Positions 1-9,411 are shown, counted from the stretch's first letter. The stretch is DNA of 64,000 nucleotides from an uncultured candidatus Porisulfidus sp. (GCA_965215125.1 OZ244052.1:960001-1024000); one strand, 5' to 3'. Numbers and translations are program-made. Notes: a model not told the origin generated them from the sequence alone.

Positions 1-4
1 GCCG

Positions 5-811
5 ATGTCGCCTTTCTTGCCTGCAGTGCTGGCTTCGTGCGAAATCCCTACTTTTGCCCACGGCATAGAGTTGGTGGGTCCCAAGTACGGTGTAACATAC
101 GCTAAAATTTTGAGAGCTGCAGGCATAAAAACCGATCGGACGACGCGCGATGCCGCCGCATTGTTAGGCGATGTAGGTTGGGCTTATGTTGACCAGAGTC
201 AATTTTGTCCCTCGCTGCATAAGCTCGAATCGCTACGCAGCAGAATTGTCAAACGTCCTCTGCTAACGACGATAGAGGTTTTGCTAAGCCCGATCAGAGG
301 AAAGGAAAAAACGCATTATGTTACCGGGTATGTTCATAAGGCATACCCGCCCGTCTATCTAGATTTGGCACGCTTTTTATCCTTTAATTCTGCAGCGGTG
401 GTGAAGGGCAACGAGGGAGGAATTATACCTTCGTTAAAGCAGCCGTCGCGTTTGTTTGAGTATCATGGGGATGCAGAGATACAACCTCGTGACTTGGATC
501 CCGATAGTTGCGGGCGGAAACAAAACGTCAGAGCGGTTCCGGTTCCGGACGATTTGCCTAAGGCATCGGTGCAAAGCGATGATATCGGTGCCGCCTTGGA
601 CGTAGACAGCATGGCATCGATTACTGCGGAAGTCGGCATCCGTGCCTTGGAAGGTGAAAAAGGCATAGCACTTGATAGCCTAATCTATGGAGGTGCTATT
701 ATATTGTCTCACTTGCGCAAGCAAACATCTTTGAACGAAGCTGCAAAAACGATTGCTAAACAAATCGACAACGGCGAGGCATACGCTCGTTTTAAGGCGG
801 CACTTGATTAA
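5..811 (+). CDS. Glycosyltransferase family 3 / anthranilate phosphoribosyltransferase-like (YbiB-like) protein, probably 5'-truncated by the window
   Basis: TrpD/YbiB-like segments (HGxxxVGPKYGVT, GYVHKAY, KGNEG); sits next to an Alvin_2107-like gene. Confidence 0.65.
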   Translation: MSPFLPAVLASCEIPTFAHGIELVGPKYGVTYAKILRAAGIKTDRTTRDAAALLGDVGWAYVDQSQFCPSLHKLESLRSRIVKRPLLTTIEVLLSPIRGKEKTHYVTGYVHKAYPPVYLDLARFLSFNSAAVVKGNEGGIIPSLKQPSRLFEYHGDAEIQPRDLDPDSCGRKQNVRAVPVPDDLPKASVQSDDIGAALDVDSMASITAEVGIRALEGEKGIALDSLIYGGAIILSHLRKQTSLNEAAKTIAKQIDNGEAYARFKAALD

Positions 812-828
812 TATAAAAAAGGAGAAAC

Positions 829-1020
829 ATGGACAAGTTTTATAGAGAAGCTACGGCTAAAATGGAAGAAGCGGGTGTTCAACCCGACTATATCATCGGC
901 TGGCAAATCGGTTATTTGGGACATCCCGAGCGCGAAGAGCAGCGCGCAAGCGATGCTTATACGGCAGGCTATAAAGACGGGGCGGAAAAATCTTTAGATA
1001 ATTTTTCGTCTTGGTTGTAA
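829..1020 (+). CDS. Alvin_2107-family small protein of sulfur-globule oxidisers
   Basis: 63 aa with YIIGWQIGYLGHPEREEQR...AYTAGYKDG pattern; AGGAG RBS upstream. Confidence 0.75.
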   Translation: MDKFYREATAKMEEAGVQPDYIIGWQIGYLGHPEREEQRASDAYTAGYKDGAEKSLDNFSSWL

Positions 1021-1028
1021 GGGTGGTC

Positions 1029-1170
1029 CATTCCCCTCCTTGTAGGGGCGGACTTGTATGTCCGCCCTTAGGGTGGCAGGCGCAGCCTGACGGGGTGGTC
1101 GCCGCAGTTCTGCACAATGTCATGCCGATTAACCTACCGGCTCAATCGGCGGTTTCACTCGGCGGTTCCA
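1029..1170 (+). repeat. Mosaic intergenic repeat: module A (CCCCTCC..GGCAGGCGCAGCCTGACGGGGTGG) with a nested REP hairpin, plus module C hairpin
   Basis: Same modules recur at about 13 sites in the window. Confidence 0.85.
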
Positions 1171-1171
1171 T

Positions 1172-1915
1172 TTAGAAAGTATAGCCGAATAGTTCGATGT
1201 CTTTTTTGTATTTTTTTGCTACAAGTTCACGCATTCTGTCGTCATATGCATCTTTATAATAGCTGGGGCTACTACTTTGTTTTTTTTCAGAGAGGATTTC
1301 CGAGGCATCAAAATCCGGTGCTATTTTTTGAAGGACAGTTTGCATGTCCGGTTGAAAGTTTTCAAACCGTCCCAAAAAATCGAGTTTTTCCAATTCAAAA
1401 AAATAATGTTGGGGTAGAAAGTGTGGATCACACCGATGATCCGGTATTTTTGCTACAAAATCAACAAAATCCTCAAATTGCATATCCTTGAATTTCAAGT
1501 CACCGTATCGTCTTATAAAATCTTTGAATTCTCCTTTCTCGTCATAGTACGGATTACTTTTAGGGAAAAATCTCGGGGGGTCATAAACTTTATTCTTATA
1601 ACAAGAAAACAGCCTATCCCATGGATTTCTGACAAAGGAAAAGCGGTAATAATCGGCATAACAAGCTACATTTGATGCTTTTATAGTGAGTCGTTTTATT
1701 GCCGGATTTTTATTGTGTACACCTAGACCGGTAGTTTCTACATTATTCAATTTTGCTATACATGTCTTAATCGTTGTGCAAGCTACCTTAGGAACCGAAT
1801 AGTATATCAGCCTATATTGATCCGAGTAGGTGGCAATCTTCATCGATTGCGTAGGATTTCGCAACTTAAGGGCTGATTTAGCCGTAGATACCAATTTATT
1901 TATTTTTGTATTCAT
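1172..1915 (-). CDS. Sulfotransferase family 2 (carbohydrate sulfotransferase-like)
   Basis: PAPS-binding motifs VPKVACTT and FVRNPWDRLFS; C-terminal DIELFGY. Confidence 0.85.
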   Translation of the reverse strand: MNTKINKLVSTAKSALKLRNPTQSMKIATYSDQYRLIYYSVPKVACTTIKTCIAKLNNVETTGLGVHNKNPAIKRLTIKASNVACYADYYRFSFVRNPWDRLFSCYKNKVYDPPRFFPKSNPYYDEKGEFKDFIRRYGDLKFKDMQFEDFVDFVAKIPDHRCDPHFLPQHYFFELEKLDFLGRFENFQPDMQTVLQKIAPDFDASEILSEKKQSSSPSYYKDAYDDRMRELVAKKYKKDIELFGYTF

Positions 1916-1923
1916 CTTAGAAC

Positions 1924-2484
1924 TTATGAAGTTGAATCCGAGAGAAAGTTATTCAAAATCTTTAGTAGATTAAAGTGTATATTATAAGCCACTATATCCA
2001 ATATGTAGGTGGCAGTCCACTTGCGATTCTCACCGCGCATTATTTCGCTCACGTAGTCTCCTAATACACGCCGCATGTCAAAGCCGGGTTCTCGTTCGTA
2101 TTTACATTCGGAGTATTTATCCGTGCGATCATTCAACAATGTCAGAAAAGGTATATTTCCGTTTGTTGTAGCTTTTGTGTCCAGGCGGTTATCTTGGATA
2201 ATTCCTGCTAAATGTTGTGCGGTTTGGGATACTATTCTTTGCCTTTCCGGTGATCGTGATGAATTATATATATATCTATCCAATAAATGAATGGCATACG
2301 CTGCAAATTCGGAGAGTATATCCAGTCGTTGCGAGTTGCTCTCGGTAGCAAAACCTTCGTTCTCCATGTTCAACAATGATTCGGTGATAATACGCCATAT
2401 ATTAGTGCTGATAACACTTGCGGTTTCACTGTGCGTTCTAGCACCTTTGTCCAAATTCCAATTAGTTTTTAATCTAACAACCAT
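1924..2484 (-). CDS. dsrS: DsrS-like protein (single domain)
   Basis: RLKTNW...LLNMENEGF..QRLDILSEF resembles the repeated DsrS domain; rdsr context. Confidence 0.6.
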   Translation of the reverse strand: MVVRLKTNWNLDKGARTHSETASVISTNIWRIITESLLNMENEGFATESNSQRLDILSEFAAYAIHLLDRYIYNSSRSPERQRIVSQTAQHLAGIIQDNRLDTKATTNGNIPFLTLLNDRTDKYSECKYEREPGFDMRRVLGDYVSEIMRGENRKWTATYILDIVAYNIHFNLLKILNNFLSDSTS

Positions 2485-2585
2485 TCTTTCAAAAATAAAG
2501 TATTATAAGTTTTTTACGGCATTTAGAACACCATGTTTGATGAACACAGAGATATTATATAAACTTTTTATTAACTCTTTACGGG

Positions 2586-3632
2586 ATGATGGATCACTCT
2601 ATTAGAAATTTACGCGATGCCGTGCAGCATAACTGCAACATTTCCGATGCGTGTTATGCCGGCACTTACACGATATGCGTCTATCTTTTGAAAATGCGAG
2701 AATACTTTCGTTGGGAGAAGGGTTATGACTTCGGGGTATCTCTGGATCAATCGGAGTTAGGTGCGTGGCTTTGTGGCCGGGAGGCCGAATGGGAGTCTAT
2801 AGAAAATGAAGATTTTCAACCTTTGTTTATCAACGGTCAAATGTTCAACCCCTTTGATACCGAGGCGATTAACGAGCATTTACTCTCTCAAGGTTACATC
2901 TATTCGGGTGGCATAGGAGCAAAATCAATACCGCACTTTTTTATTGCCGAGTATGAATCTCAAAGTTCTTATGGAGATTATCAAGTGCTAATATCTTCAA
3001 AGGAATACGCAAGAGATCTAACCGCACCACCCGGCATGTCTCTGGCAAAGACGATCTTTATTAGAAAAGAGTCGCTGAAGAGAATGATTTGGGAGAAGCT
3101 CAACGAATGGTATTGGAACCGTCCCCACAATGCGATGGAGGCGGCACTCTCGTATTATGATTTTGACAATAATCTAGAAGATGCCCTTGAGCGGATGACC
3201 AAGGCTGAAACAGAAACGGTTCTTTTACACGAAATAGGGGAGCTGGAGGCACACCGTTATCTTCCCAACGACTGGCATCGGATATTACACCAGTGCGGTG
3301 CTTCGAAGATAGAGCTGCTAATCCGCGCAATGAAGGACAATTTAGCCGACAGCATTGTGCTGTTGCCTACCTTAGTCTCGCAACAAAAGTCGGCATCTAT
3401 ACATTTTTATATAGCGAACATGAGTGCTATGCGCAAAGCGTTATGCCCCATGTTAGTCAATGCCTATCAAAGCTGGACACAAAGCAATGATTTTTCATCG
3501 TTAGAATCGTGGTTGTCTCCGGCGAAGAAGCATTGGCAGGAGAAAGTATGTGATCTATTGGAATTATCCGTAGAGGGAAATAATAGGGATAAGCAAAACA
3601 CCGAAGATTTAATAACCCGATATGCTTTCTAG
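2586..3632 (+). CDS. Sfum_1244-family protein
   Basis: VQHNCNISDA...CVYLLKMREYFRWE N-terminus; HEIGE motif. Confidence 0.75.
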   Translation: MMDHSIRNLRDAVQHNCNISDACYAGTYTICVYLLKMREYFRWEKGYDFGVSLDQSELGAWLCGREAEWESIENEDFQPLFINGQMFNPFDTEAINEHLLSQGYIYSGGIGAKSIPHFFIAEYESQSSYGDYQVLISSKEYARDLTAPPGMSLAKTIFIRKESLKRMIWEKLNEWYWNRPHNAMEAALSYYDFDNNLEDALERMTKAETETVLLHEIGELEAHRYLPNDWHRILHQCGASKIELLIRAMKDNLADSIVLLPTLVSQQKSASIHFYIANMSAMRKALCPMLVNAYQSWTQSNDFSSLESWLSPAKKHWQEKVCDLLELSVEGNNRDKQNTEDLITRYAF

Positions 3633-3643
3633 TACCTCATACG

Positions 3644-4249
3644 ATGTGCAGTCAAAAAACTAGAATGCCGCTCAAAACAATATCCGAAGTCAAGCTCAAC
3701 TCTTTTATTTTTGAGAAACATAATGCGCTCTCGGAATCGTTATGCGAAAAAATGATTCATCGTTTTGAAGAGAACACCGACGAGCAATTTGTCGGGCGCA
3801 TCGGTCAAGTCGCAGTGCAAAATTTAGCCGTCAAACGTTCAACCGATTTGTTAATTAGCGGTAAACAACAATGGAAAGATATAGATCGCGCATTGTTTCA
3901 ATCCCTGGCTTGTGCAATGAGAGAATTTAGGGCTACATTCCCTTATTTTTCCGGTCGCTTCAAGGATATGGGTTACGGCATGCAGCGTACCCGAGACGAC
4001 GAATATTACCATTGGCATATAGACGGCGGTAGCCATGATTTCAGCAATCGCCAACTGGTTGCTATTTGGTACTTAAACGATGTGCCCGGACCCGGCGGTG
4101 AGACCGAGTTTCTATTTCAGCAGCTTCGCATCAAACCCGAGCAGGGTAAATTACTTTTATTTCCTCCTTTTTGGACCCACGAACATAGAGGTGTGATTTT
4201 GCAGAAGGGTGTAAAATACATTGCTACGACTTGGATCGTGTTTGCCTAG
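3644..4249 (+). CDS. 2OG-Fe(II) oxygenase (prolyl-4-hydroxylase-like)
   Basis: HID...YLND...GGET...FPP..THEHRG; HxD...H facial triad. Confidence 0.85.
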   Translation: MCSQKTRMPLKTISEVKLNSFIFEKHNALSESLCEKMIHRFEENTDEQFVGRIGQVAVQNLAVKRSTDLLISGKQQWKDIDRALFQSLACAMREFRATFPYFSGRFKDMGYGMQRTRDDEYYHWHIDGGSHDFSNRQLVAIWYLNDVPGPGGETEFLFQQLRIKPEQGKLLLFPPFWTHEHRGVILQKGVKYIATTWIVFA

Positions 4250-4319
4250 GAAGCACGGAACATGAAATTTCAATCGTAGTCGGGATAACGAACAGGTAAC
4301 TAAGGAAAGGAACACATAG

Positions 4320-4658
4320 ATGAGCGATGTATCTAAAATTTCATTAGAGGATAGCGGATGTGAAGTAAGCGAGCCCTTTGCTTTGCGCGTCTTGGGAGAC
4401 AGCATGTTTCCCGAGTTTCCGGATGGTTCTATTATTATCATAGACCCTGCCAATAAAGCGCAGGATGGCAATTACATTATCGCCGAGGTAGAGGGGGAAT
4501 TTATTTTTAGGCAGCTTTGCATAGAGGAAGGAAAATATCTCATTAAAGCGTTAAACCCCGGTTATCCTACATTGGATATAACCGATAAGCCGAACATCAA
4601 GGGTGTCGTTACACAACGAGCAGGCACTCGGCGCAAACATAGAAAGCACTACTTCTAG
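4320..4658 (+). CDS. Stand-alone S24 peptidase-like domain
   Basis: FALRVLGDSM..EFPDG.IIIIDP; no HTH domain. Confidence 0.75.
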   Translation: MSDVSKISLEDSGCEVSEPFALRVLGDSMFPEFPDGSIIIIDPANKAQDGNYIIAEVEGEFIFRQLCIEEGKYLIKALNPGYPTLDITDKPNIKGVVTQRAGTRRKHRKHYF

Positions 4659-4721
4659 CTTATTCACCAATTTACCTAAGCCACCTCCCTAAAAGGAATG
4701 GTTCGCTCGAAACGCAATGCG

Positions 4722-5060
4722 CTAATCTATATTGGTTGGTGGCACGTAGGACGGGTCGTTGGGGTTTAGGAATATAAAGTTGTATTGTCCTTTTTCCAGC
4801 TCTACATAATCTATGGTCATATTTTTGATCATGCCGAGCATGGCACTATTGATGACGATATTGACATTATTACTCTGTAGCTTAAGATCGTCTTCGTGGT
4901 TTTGATCGTCTATACCCATCGCATAATGAAAACTGCCGTCTGCATTGCGCATCACAGCCAATCTTAGATTTACCGTTTTTGCTTCTTCCGGTTTTATGGA
5001 TTGTTGTATTTGTTGCGCCGCAATGTCGGTGATTTTTATAATATTATCGTCTCTACTCAT
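4722..5060 (-). CDS. dsrR: DsrR (IscA/HesB-like, no cysteines)
   Basis: LRLAV.RNADGSFHYAMG, IDYVELE.GQYNFIFLNPNDP.Y.PP. Confidence 0.8.
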   Translation of the reverse strand: MSRDDNIIKITDIAAQQIQQSIKPEEAKTVNLRLAVMRNADGSFHYAMGIDDQNHEDDLKLQSNNVNIVINSAMLGMIKNMTIDYVELEKGQYNFIFLNPNDPSYVPPTNID

Positions 5061-5712
5061 GGTTCGTTCTATAGTCTTTCAATCCTAATGCCGAAATCGT
5101 TTTGCCAAGTAATTTTCTTGATGCTTTGATCTCGGGTTGGTTTATGTGCCCGGCTAAAACAGCGATAAACTCCCCACCGGCTCGCTCGAAGTCATCGTTC
5201 ACAATAGTATAATTGTATTCGCTGAAATGTTCCGCTTCGGAAATCGCTTGTTTCATGCGTGCATCAATCACTTTTACAGTATCTTGTGCGCGTTTCTCCA
5301 GACGTTTACGCAGAGTTGGCAACGAAGGAGGCAAAATGAATATAGAAAAAGTGTTGTCATAACACGCTCTTATTTGCCTAGCACCCTGCCAGTCTATTTC
5401 CATTACGATAGTGTGTCCTTGAGCCAATGTATTTTCTATATAGGATTTTGATGTACCGTAGTATTCGTTGTATACCAGCGCATGTTCAATAAAATCGTTT
5501 TGTTCAATCATTTCTCTAAAAGTTTTTTTATCGACAAAATAATAATCTTGTCCCTCTATTTCATCGGGCCTAGGACGGCGAGTTGTATGCGATATGGATA
5601 GTTTTAGGCTATTTAACTCTTTCAATGCTTCTTTGATTAGACTGGTTTTGCCGCTGCCGGACGGCGCAGACACTACAAAAAGGCGGTTATTATCAGGAAT
5701 TTCGAGTCTCAT
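5053..5712 (-). CDS. gmk: Guanylate kinase
   Basis: SAPSGSGKTS P-loop, SISHTTR.PR, YYGTS, EIDWQGA. Confidence 0.95.
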   Translation of the reverse strand: MRLEIPDNNRLFVVSAPSGSGKTSLIKEALKELNSLKLSISHTTRRPRPDEIEGQDYYFVDKKTFREMIEQNDFIEHALVYNEYYGTSKSYIENTLAQGHTIVMEIDWQGARQIRACYDNTFSIFILPPSLPTLRKRLEKRAQDTVKVIDARMKQAISEAEHFSEYNYTIVNDDFERAGGEFIAVLAGHINQPEIKASRKLLGKTISALGLKDYRTNHE

Positions 5713-6119
5713 TAGGTTTGCTTTTTAGGAAATTATAACACGGAGGAAACATCATTCACCTTTTATATAATTCGTCAGGGAATTATATAGTTAACTTGAC
5801 AAAGAAATGTTAAATTATATTGACCTTCCCCCATTTTCAGGGCCAAAACTTAAATGAGATCTGTATTATAAGTCACCTCTGTGCCTTATGCTAATAAAAT
5901 CTTAAATAAAGCTAGATTTCCAAGCTCGCATTCCAATATGGGTTGGTTATTCTCGTTCAGTGGCAATTTAGACAAAATCCTATGTTGTTGCCTAAATTGA
6001 AGTCTTGCAACTAAAAAACCAGCCTCATAATGCGCCTTTAAGCGACGATCTCTAGTCGAGATGACCTCTACTAGCTGCTGATTTTTAGCTCGTTTCATAA
6101 CTACTAAACAAGCCTTACG

Positions 6120-6938
6120 CTACGCAACACGTGTGGCGAATGCTACCGGGGTCATATAATCTAATGAGCTATGCGGGCGTTCATGGTTATAGTGGTATCG
6201 CCACTGTTCAATAATATGACGCACTTCCTGAAGGCTGCGGAACCAGTGCTGGTTAAGGCAATTGTCTCTAAACTTACCGTTCAGGCTTTCCACCAAAGCA
6301 TTCTGGGTCGGTTTACCCGGTTGAATAAAGTATAGTTCCACGCCGCTATCTTGCGACCAGACCTGCATCTTTTTACTAGTGAACTCCGGCCCGTTGTCGC
6401 AGACGATGCTTTGCGGACAACCTCGCTCGGCGATGAGTTGCTCTAAACATCTCACCACTTGCCCACTGCTAATCGAAAAACCAGCGAATTGACCGATCAG
6501 TTCGCGACTGTAATCGTCCATCACATTGAATATCCTAAACGACCTGCCGTCGCTTAACCGATCATGCACAAAGTCCATTGACCAGCGACAATTCACCTGT
6601 TCAGGCAATGCCTGCCGTTGCCTCGTGCGGATGAGCTTCTTGCGCAGTCTTTTGGGTACTTGCAGTCTCGCTTCTTTGTAGATGCGGTGAACCCGTTTTT
6701 TATTCACTACAAAGCCTGCCTCTCGTAGCAAACGGTAGAGTAGCAAATAGCCATAGCGTGGATACTTGCTTGCCAACTCGCACAAGCGACTTCTAATCTC
6801 TGCATCACAACGCGGCTGTGCTTGATAGTGATAACTACTACGGCTTATCCCGACCAGCTCGCAACTGCGCCTCTCACTCAAACTCCAATGAGTATTCAGC
6901 TCTGCAACAACGCTTCTTTTGCTTGCCGGGGTCACCAC
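6120..6938 (-). CDS. IS3 transposase OrfB (rve DDE domain)
   Basis: WSMDF, CDNGPEF, PGKPTQNALVESLNG; -1 frameshift at A6G overlap with orfA. Confidence 0.93.
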   Translation of the reverse strand: MVTPASKRSVVAELNTHWSLSERRSCELVGISRSSYHYQAQPRCDAEIRSRLCELASKYPRYGYLLLYRLLREAGFVVNKKRVHRIYKEARLQVPKRLRKKLIRTRQRQALPEQVNCRWSMDFVHDRLSDGRSFRIFNVMDDYSRELIGQFAGFSISSGQVVRCLEQLIAERGCPQSIVCDNGPEFTSKKMQVWSQDSGVELYFIQPGKPTQNALVESLNGKFRDNCLNQHWFRSLQEVRHIIEQWRYHYNHERPHSSLDYMTPVAFATRVA

Positions 6939-7195
6939 TTTTTTGATAGCACATCCTTGAGGGCGGTGATTTCTAATAGTTGCTCGCCGAGTAGTTTCTT
7001 GAGTCGGTTATTCTCCGATACAAGGTTCTTTAATCGCTTGGCATCATTGACTTCTAACCCGGCATATTTGCTACGCCAGTTGTAAAAGGTGCCATGCGCT
7101 ATACCGAGTTCTCGGCAAATGTCCTCTGTGCTGCGACCTGCCTCGTGCGATTTGATCGCACCGATAATTTGCTCTTCTGTATATCGTTTATTCAT
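6932..7195 (-). CDS. IS3 transposase OrfA (HTH)
   Basis: RYTEEQII...TFYNWRSKYAGLEV..AKRLK.L..EN.RLKKL, ending KKW. Confidence 0.93.
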   Translation of the reverse strand: MNKRYTEEQIIGAIKSHEAGRSTEDICRELGIAHGTFYNWRSKYAGLEVNDAKRLKNLVSENNRLKKLLGEQLLEITALKDVLSKKW

Positions 7196-7278
7196 TTTGA
7201 AACCTCCTGTTGTTTACTAATTTAACTGGAAATCTCATCTTTGTCATGGCCCAGTTTTGGGGGGTAAGGTCAATATCA

Positions 7279-7646
7279 ATGCAAACCCATAGAACAATCA
7301 GATACCATTTATACCCGGCGTCACAGAAAAAACACCGGCAATTACATAGGACGGCAGGCGCATGCCGCTATGTTCGGGATCACTTTGTAGCTAAGTTGAA
7401 GGACGAATACGAGTATTACGGCGAGAGCCGGTTTAACTTCTTCACCCTAGGCAAGCAATTTACGACATTAAGAAAGTATTGCGACAAGTGGTTGCAAGGT
7501 TATTCCGCTTATATAGTCAAATCGTCATTACAACCGAAAACATTTTGGCGGCTGGGAGTACCGCAACCGGATGTGGAGACGGCGACAGTGGCAACACAAG
7601 TCGGTCAATGAAGCGTCAAAAAGATAGGGTGGGCAAGGCAGGCTAA
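7279..7646 (+). pseudogene. tnpB: tnpB remnant: N-terminal HTH fused out of frame to the extreme C-terminus
   Basis: RYHLYP...AGACRYV N-terminus; after ~7536 another frame reads NILAAGSTATGCG...SMKRQ; RuvC and Zn-finger deleted. Confidence 0.8.
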
Positions 7647-7769
7647 AAAGTCTGTCAAGTTACCTATATAACTCCCATTCGCCAAATAGGTGTTATACTA
7701 TCGCCTATAATCCGGATTGATCGGTTGGTCAATCCAATACGAAATAGACATTATCGGGAAGGAAATAAA

Positions 7770-8399
7770 ATGAAACTAAAGCTATTTTTAATCGGTTTAT
7801 CGTCAATATTCGCTTTGTCAGGGTGTTCTACAATGTCTGATACCCGGGATTGGTTTTTTGAAGACGATGAAGAAGTCGTTGAAATTTCCATGGAAGATGA
7901 GATGGAGGAGGAATTCGACGAGGAGTTTGATGAAACATTTGACGAAGAGTTTGAAGAGGAATTCGACGAGTTCGAAGAAGAATTTGACGAAGAGTTCGGC
8001 GAAGAATTAGAAGAAGAGTTTGGAGAGGAATATGGGGATGAACCTATTAGAAGACGTGCATCGGGAACTTCTTTACCACGAGCCATTGTTTATTTTGATT
8101 ATAAGAGTACTATAGTCCCGGCAACAAGCCTTAATTTGTTGCAATTACATTCTCAATATCTGATCAACAGCGGTGCTTCCGTTACTTTAGTAGGACACTC
8201 CGATGCGATAGCGTCCAGTCGCTATAACAAGGAGCTCGCATTGAGAAGGGCACAAGCCGTTGCCCAGATATTAGTTCAAATGGGAGTCTCTCCTTCCAGT
8301 ATCAGGACAGAGAGCCGTGGCGAAGACGAATTGGCTGTAGAGGGTGATAGTCCCTATGCGAATGGTATGAATAGACGAGTTGAGCTTCGTTACGAGTAA
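7770..8399 (+). CDS. OmpA/Pal-family lipoprotein with long acidic linker
   Basis: Lipobox LSGC; VYFDY, GHSD...YN..LA.RRA, NRRVE; E/D/F-rich repeats. Confidence 0.85.
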   Translation: MKLKLFLIGLSSIFALSGCSTMSDTRDWFFEDDEEVVEISMEDEMEEEFDEEFDETFDEEFEEEFDEFEEEFDEEFGEELEEEFGEEYGDEPIRRRASGTSLPRAIVYFDYKSTIVPATSLNLLQLHSQYLINSGASVTLVGHSDAIASSRYNKELALRRAQAVAQILVQMGVSPSSIRTESRGEDELAVEGDSPYANGMNRRVELRYE

Positions 8400-8440
8400 T
8401 CAATCGATTACTCTTCAAGACCACAATTAAACTATGAATT

Positions 8441-8697
8441 GTACGGGAGGACTAGCATGTCCTCTCGTACGGTACCGAATCTTCACAATTAATATCGTCC
8501 ACCATCAAATTGGTGATTATCATAATGGGTTGATGTGCGGAGGTTAAACCCGTACAAGTACTAAACTTAGGGGCGAACATGTTCGCCTCACTCTGAAGTT
8601 GGGTATCGTAATTAGGTGGATGAATGTTTTGATTGTGGCGAGATTATTCAATCGTCACATGGTATGAGGGGTAGGCATGTGAGTCCACCCCTATACC
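8441..8697. repeat. Degenerate REP-like hairpins
   Basis: GTACGGGAGGAC-TAGCAT-GTCCTCTCGTAC; GGGGCGAACATGTTCGCCTC; GGGGTAGGCATGTGAGTCCACCCC. Confidence 0.5.
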
Positions 8698-8717
8698 TGT
8701 TAGTAAATTAAAAGTCT

Positions 8718-9149
8718 TTAATATGCCTTCATGCCTTCGGCATCTTTCATGCCTTCGCCGCATTTACCTTCACCACATTTGCCTTCGGCATCTTTCATGC
8801 CTTCGGCACCTTTCATACTTTCACCACACTTACCTTCACCGCACTTGCCTTCGCCGCATTTACCTTCACCACATTTGCCTTCGGCATCTTTCATACCTTC
8901 GGCACTTTTATCATGATGACCGCAATGACCTTCGGCATCTTTCATGCCTTCGCCGCATTTGCCTTCGCCGCATTTGCCTTCACCACATTTACCTTCCATG
9001 TGAGAACCTGCCAGCATATAGCCGCTGGGCAGTTCCTGCACCGAGAAAATATTGTTTTCGGCAGACACGGCTCCCGCCATCGTCATGCTTCCCGCTAGGG
9101 TGGCAGTTACCAATCTGATTGATTTTTTCAATTTAAAGTCGTTGTTCAT
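8718..9149 (-). CDS. HvfA-like (EGKCG-repeat) RiPP/metallophore precursor
   Basis: Signal peptide, L.SGYMLA linker, 9 EGKCG and 1 EGHCG repeats, EGMKDA spacers. Confidence 0.85.
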   Translation of the reverse strand: MNNDFKLKKSIRLVTATLAGSMTMAGAVSAENNIFSVQELPSGYMLAGSHMEGKCGEGKCGEGKCGEGMKDAEGHCGHHDKSAEGMKDAEGKCGEGKCGEGKCGEGKCGESMKGAEGMKDAEGKCGEGKCGEGMKDAEGMKAY

Positions 9150-9411
9150 AATGAATCTCCATGTAAAGTTATAAGGGGTTACGAGTGTTCTAGTTTATCA
9201 TATTTACAATCTATCGTACAACAAGTAGCACGATATAAATTGAAGTAGATGTGCAGAAGGCATATAATACTTTCTATTATAAATCAGAAAAGTCTCTTAT
9301 TTTATATTTGTTAGTATGGTTTTCTTGAAAATCAGAGTGGTTTATGCAATATGTGCAGTTATTATCTTGGTGATAACCGAAATTTTTCTATCAATATCTT
9401 AGGATATAACT

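Larger units (their letters stand above)
5821..7272 (-). mobile_element. IS3-family element (IS407 group), 1452 bp
   Basis: Imperfect TIRs starting TGACCTT at both ends; 4-bp duplication ATAT (5817-5820 / 7273-7276); orfA/orfB. Confidence 0.93.
5778..7676 (+). mobile_element. Non-autonomous TIR element (IS1595/ISNwi1-like ends) carrying an internally deleted tnpB, interrupted by an IS3
   Basis: 24-bp TIRs GGGAATTATATAGTTAACTTGACA (5778-5801) and revcomp GGGAGTTATATAGGTAACTTGACA (7653-7676); flanks ATTCGTCA / ATTCGCCA. Confidence 0.75.

Noticed and set aside
893-1123. Short ORFs containing TTPSGCACHP / PPRQAAPATPP (also at 10718, 14661, 16005, 22333, 46115, 53227)
   Set aside because: Translations of repeat module A, not genes
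7210-7611. 133-aa ORF as an intact gene
   Set aside because: Its start lies inside the IS3 end; it is a chimeric reading of the tnpB remnant
7751-9118. Ser/Asn-rich and Cys/His-rich repeat ORFs (7751-8086, 8723-9118)
   Set aside because: Antisense readings of the acidic linker and the EGKCG repeats
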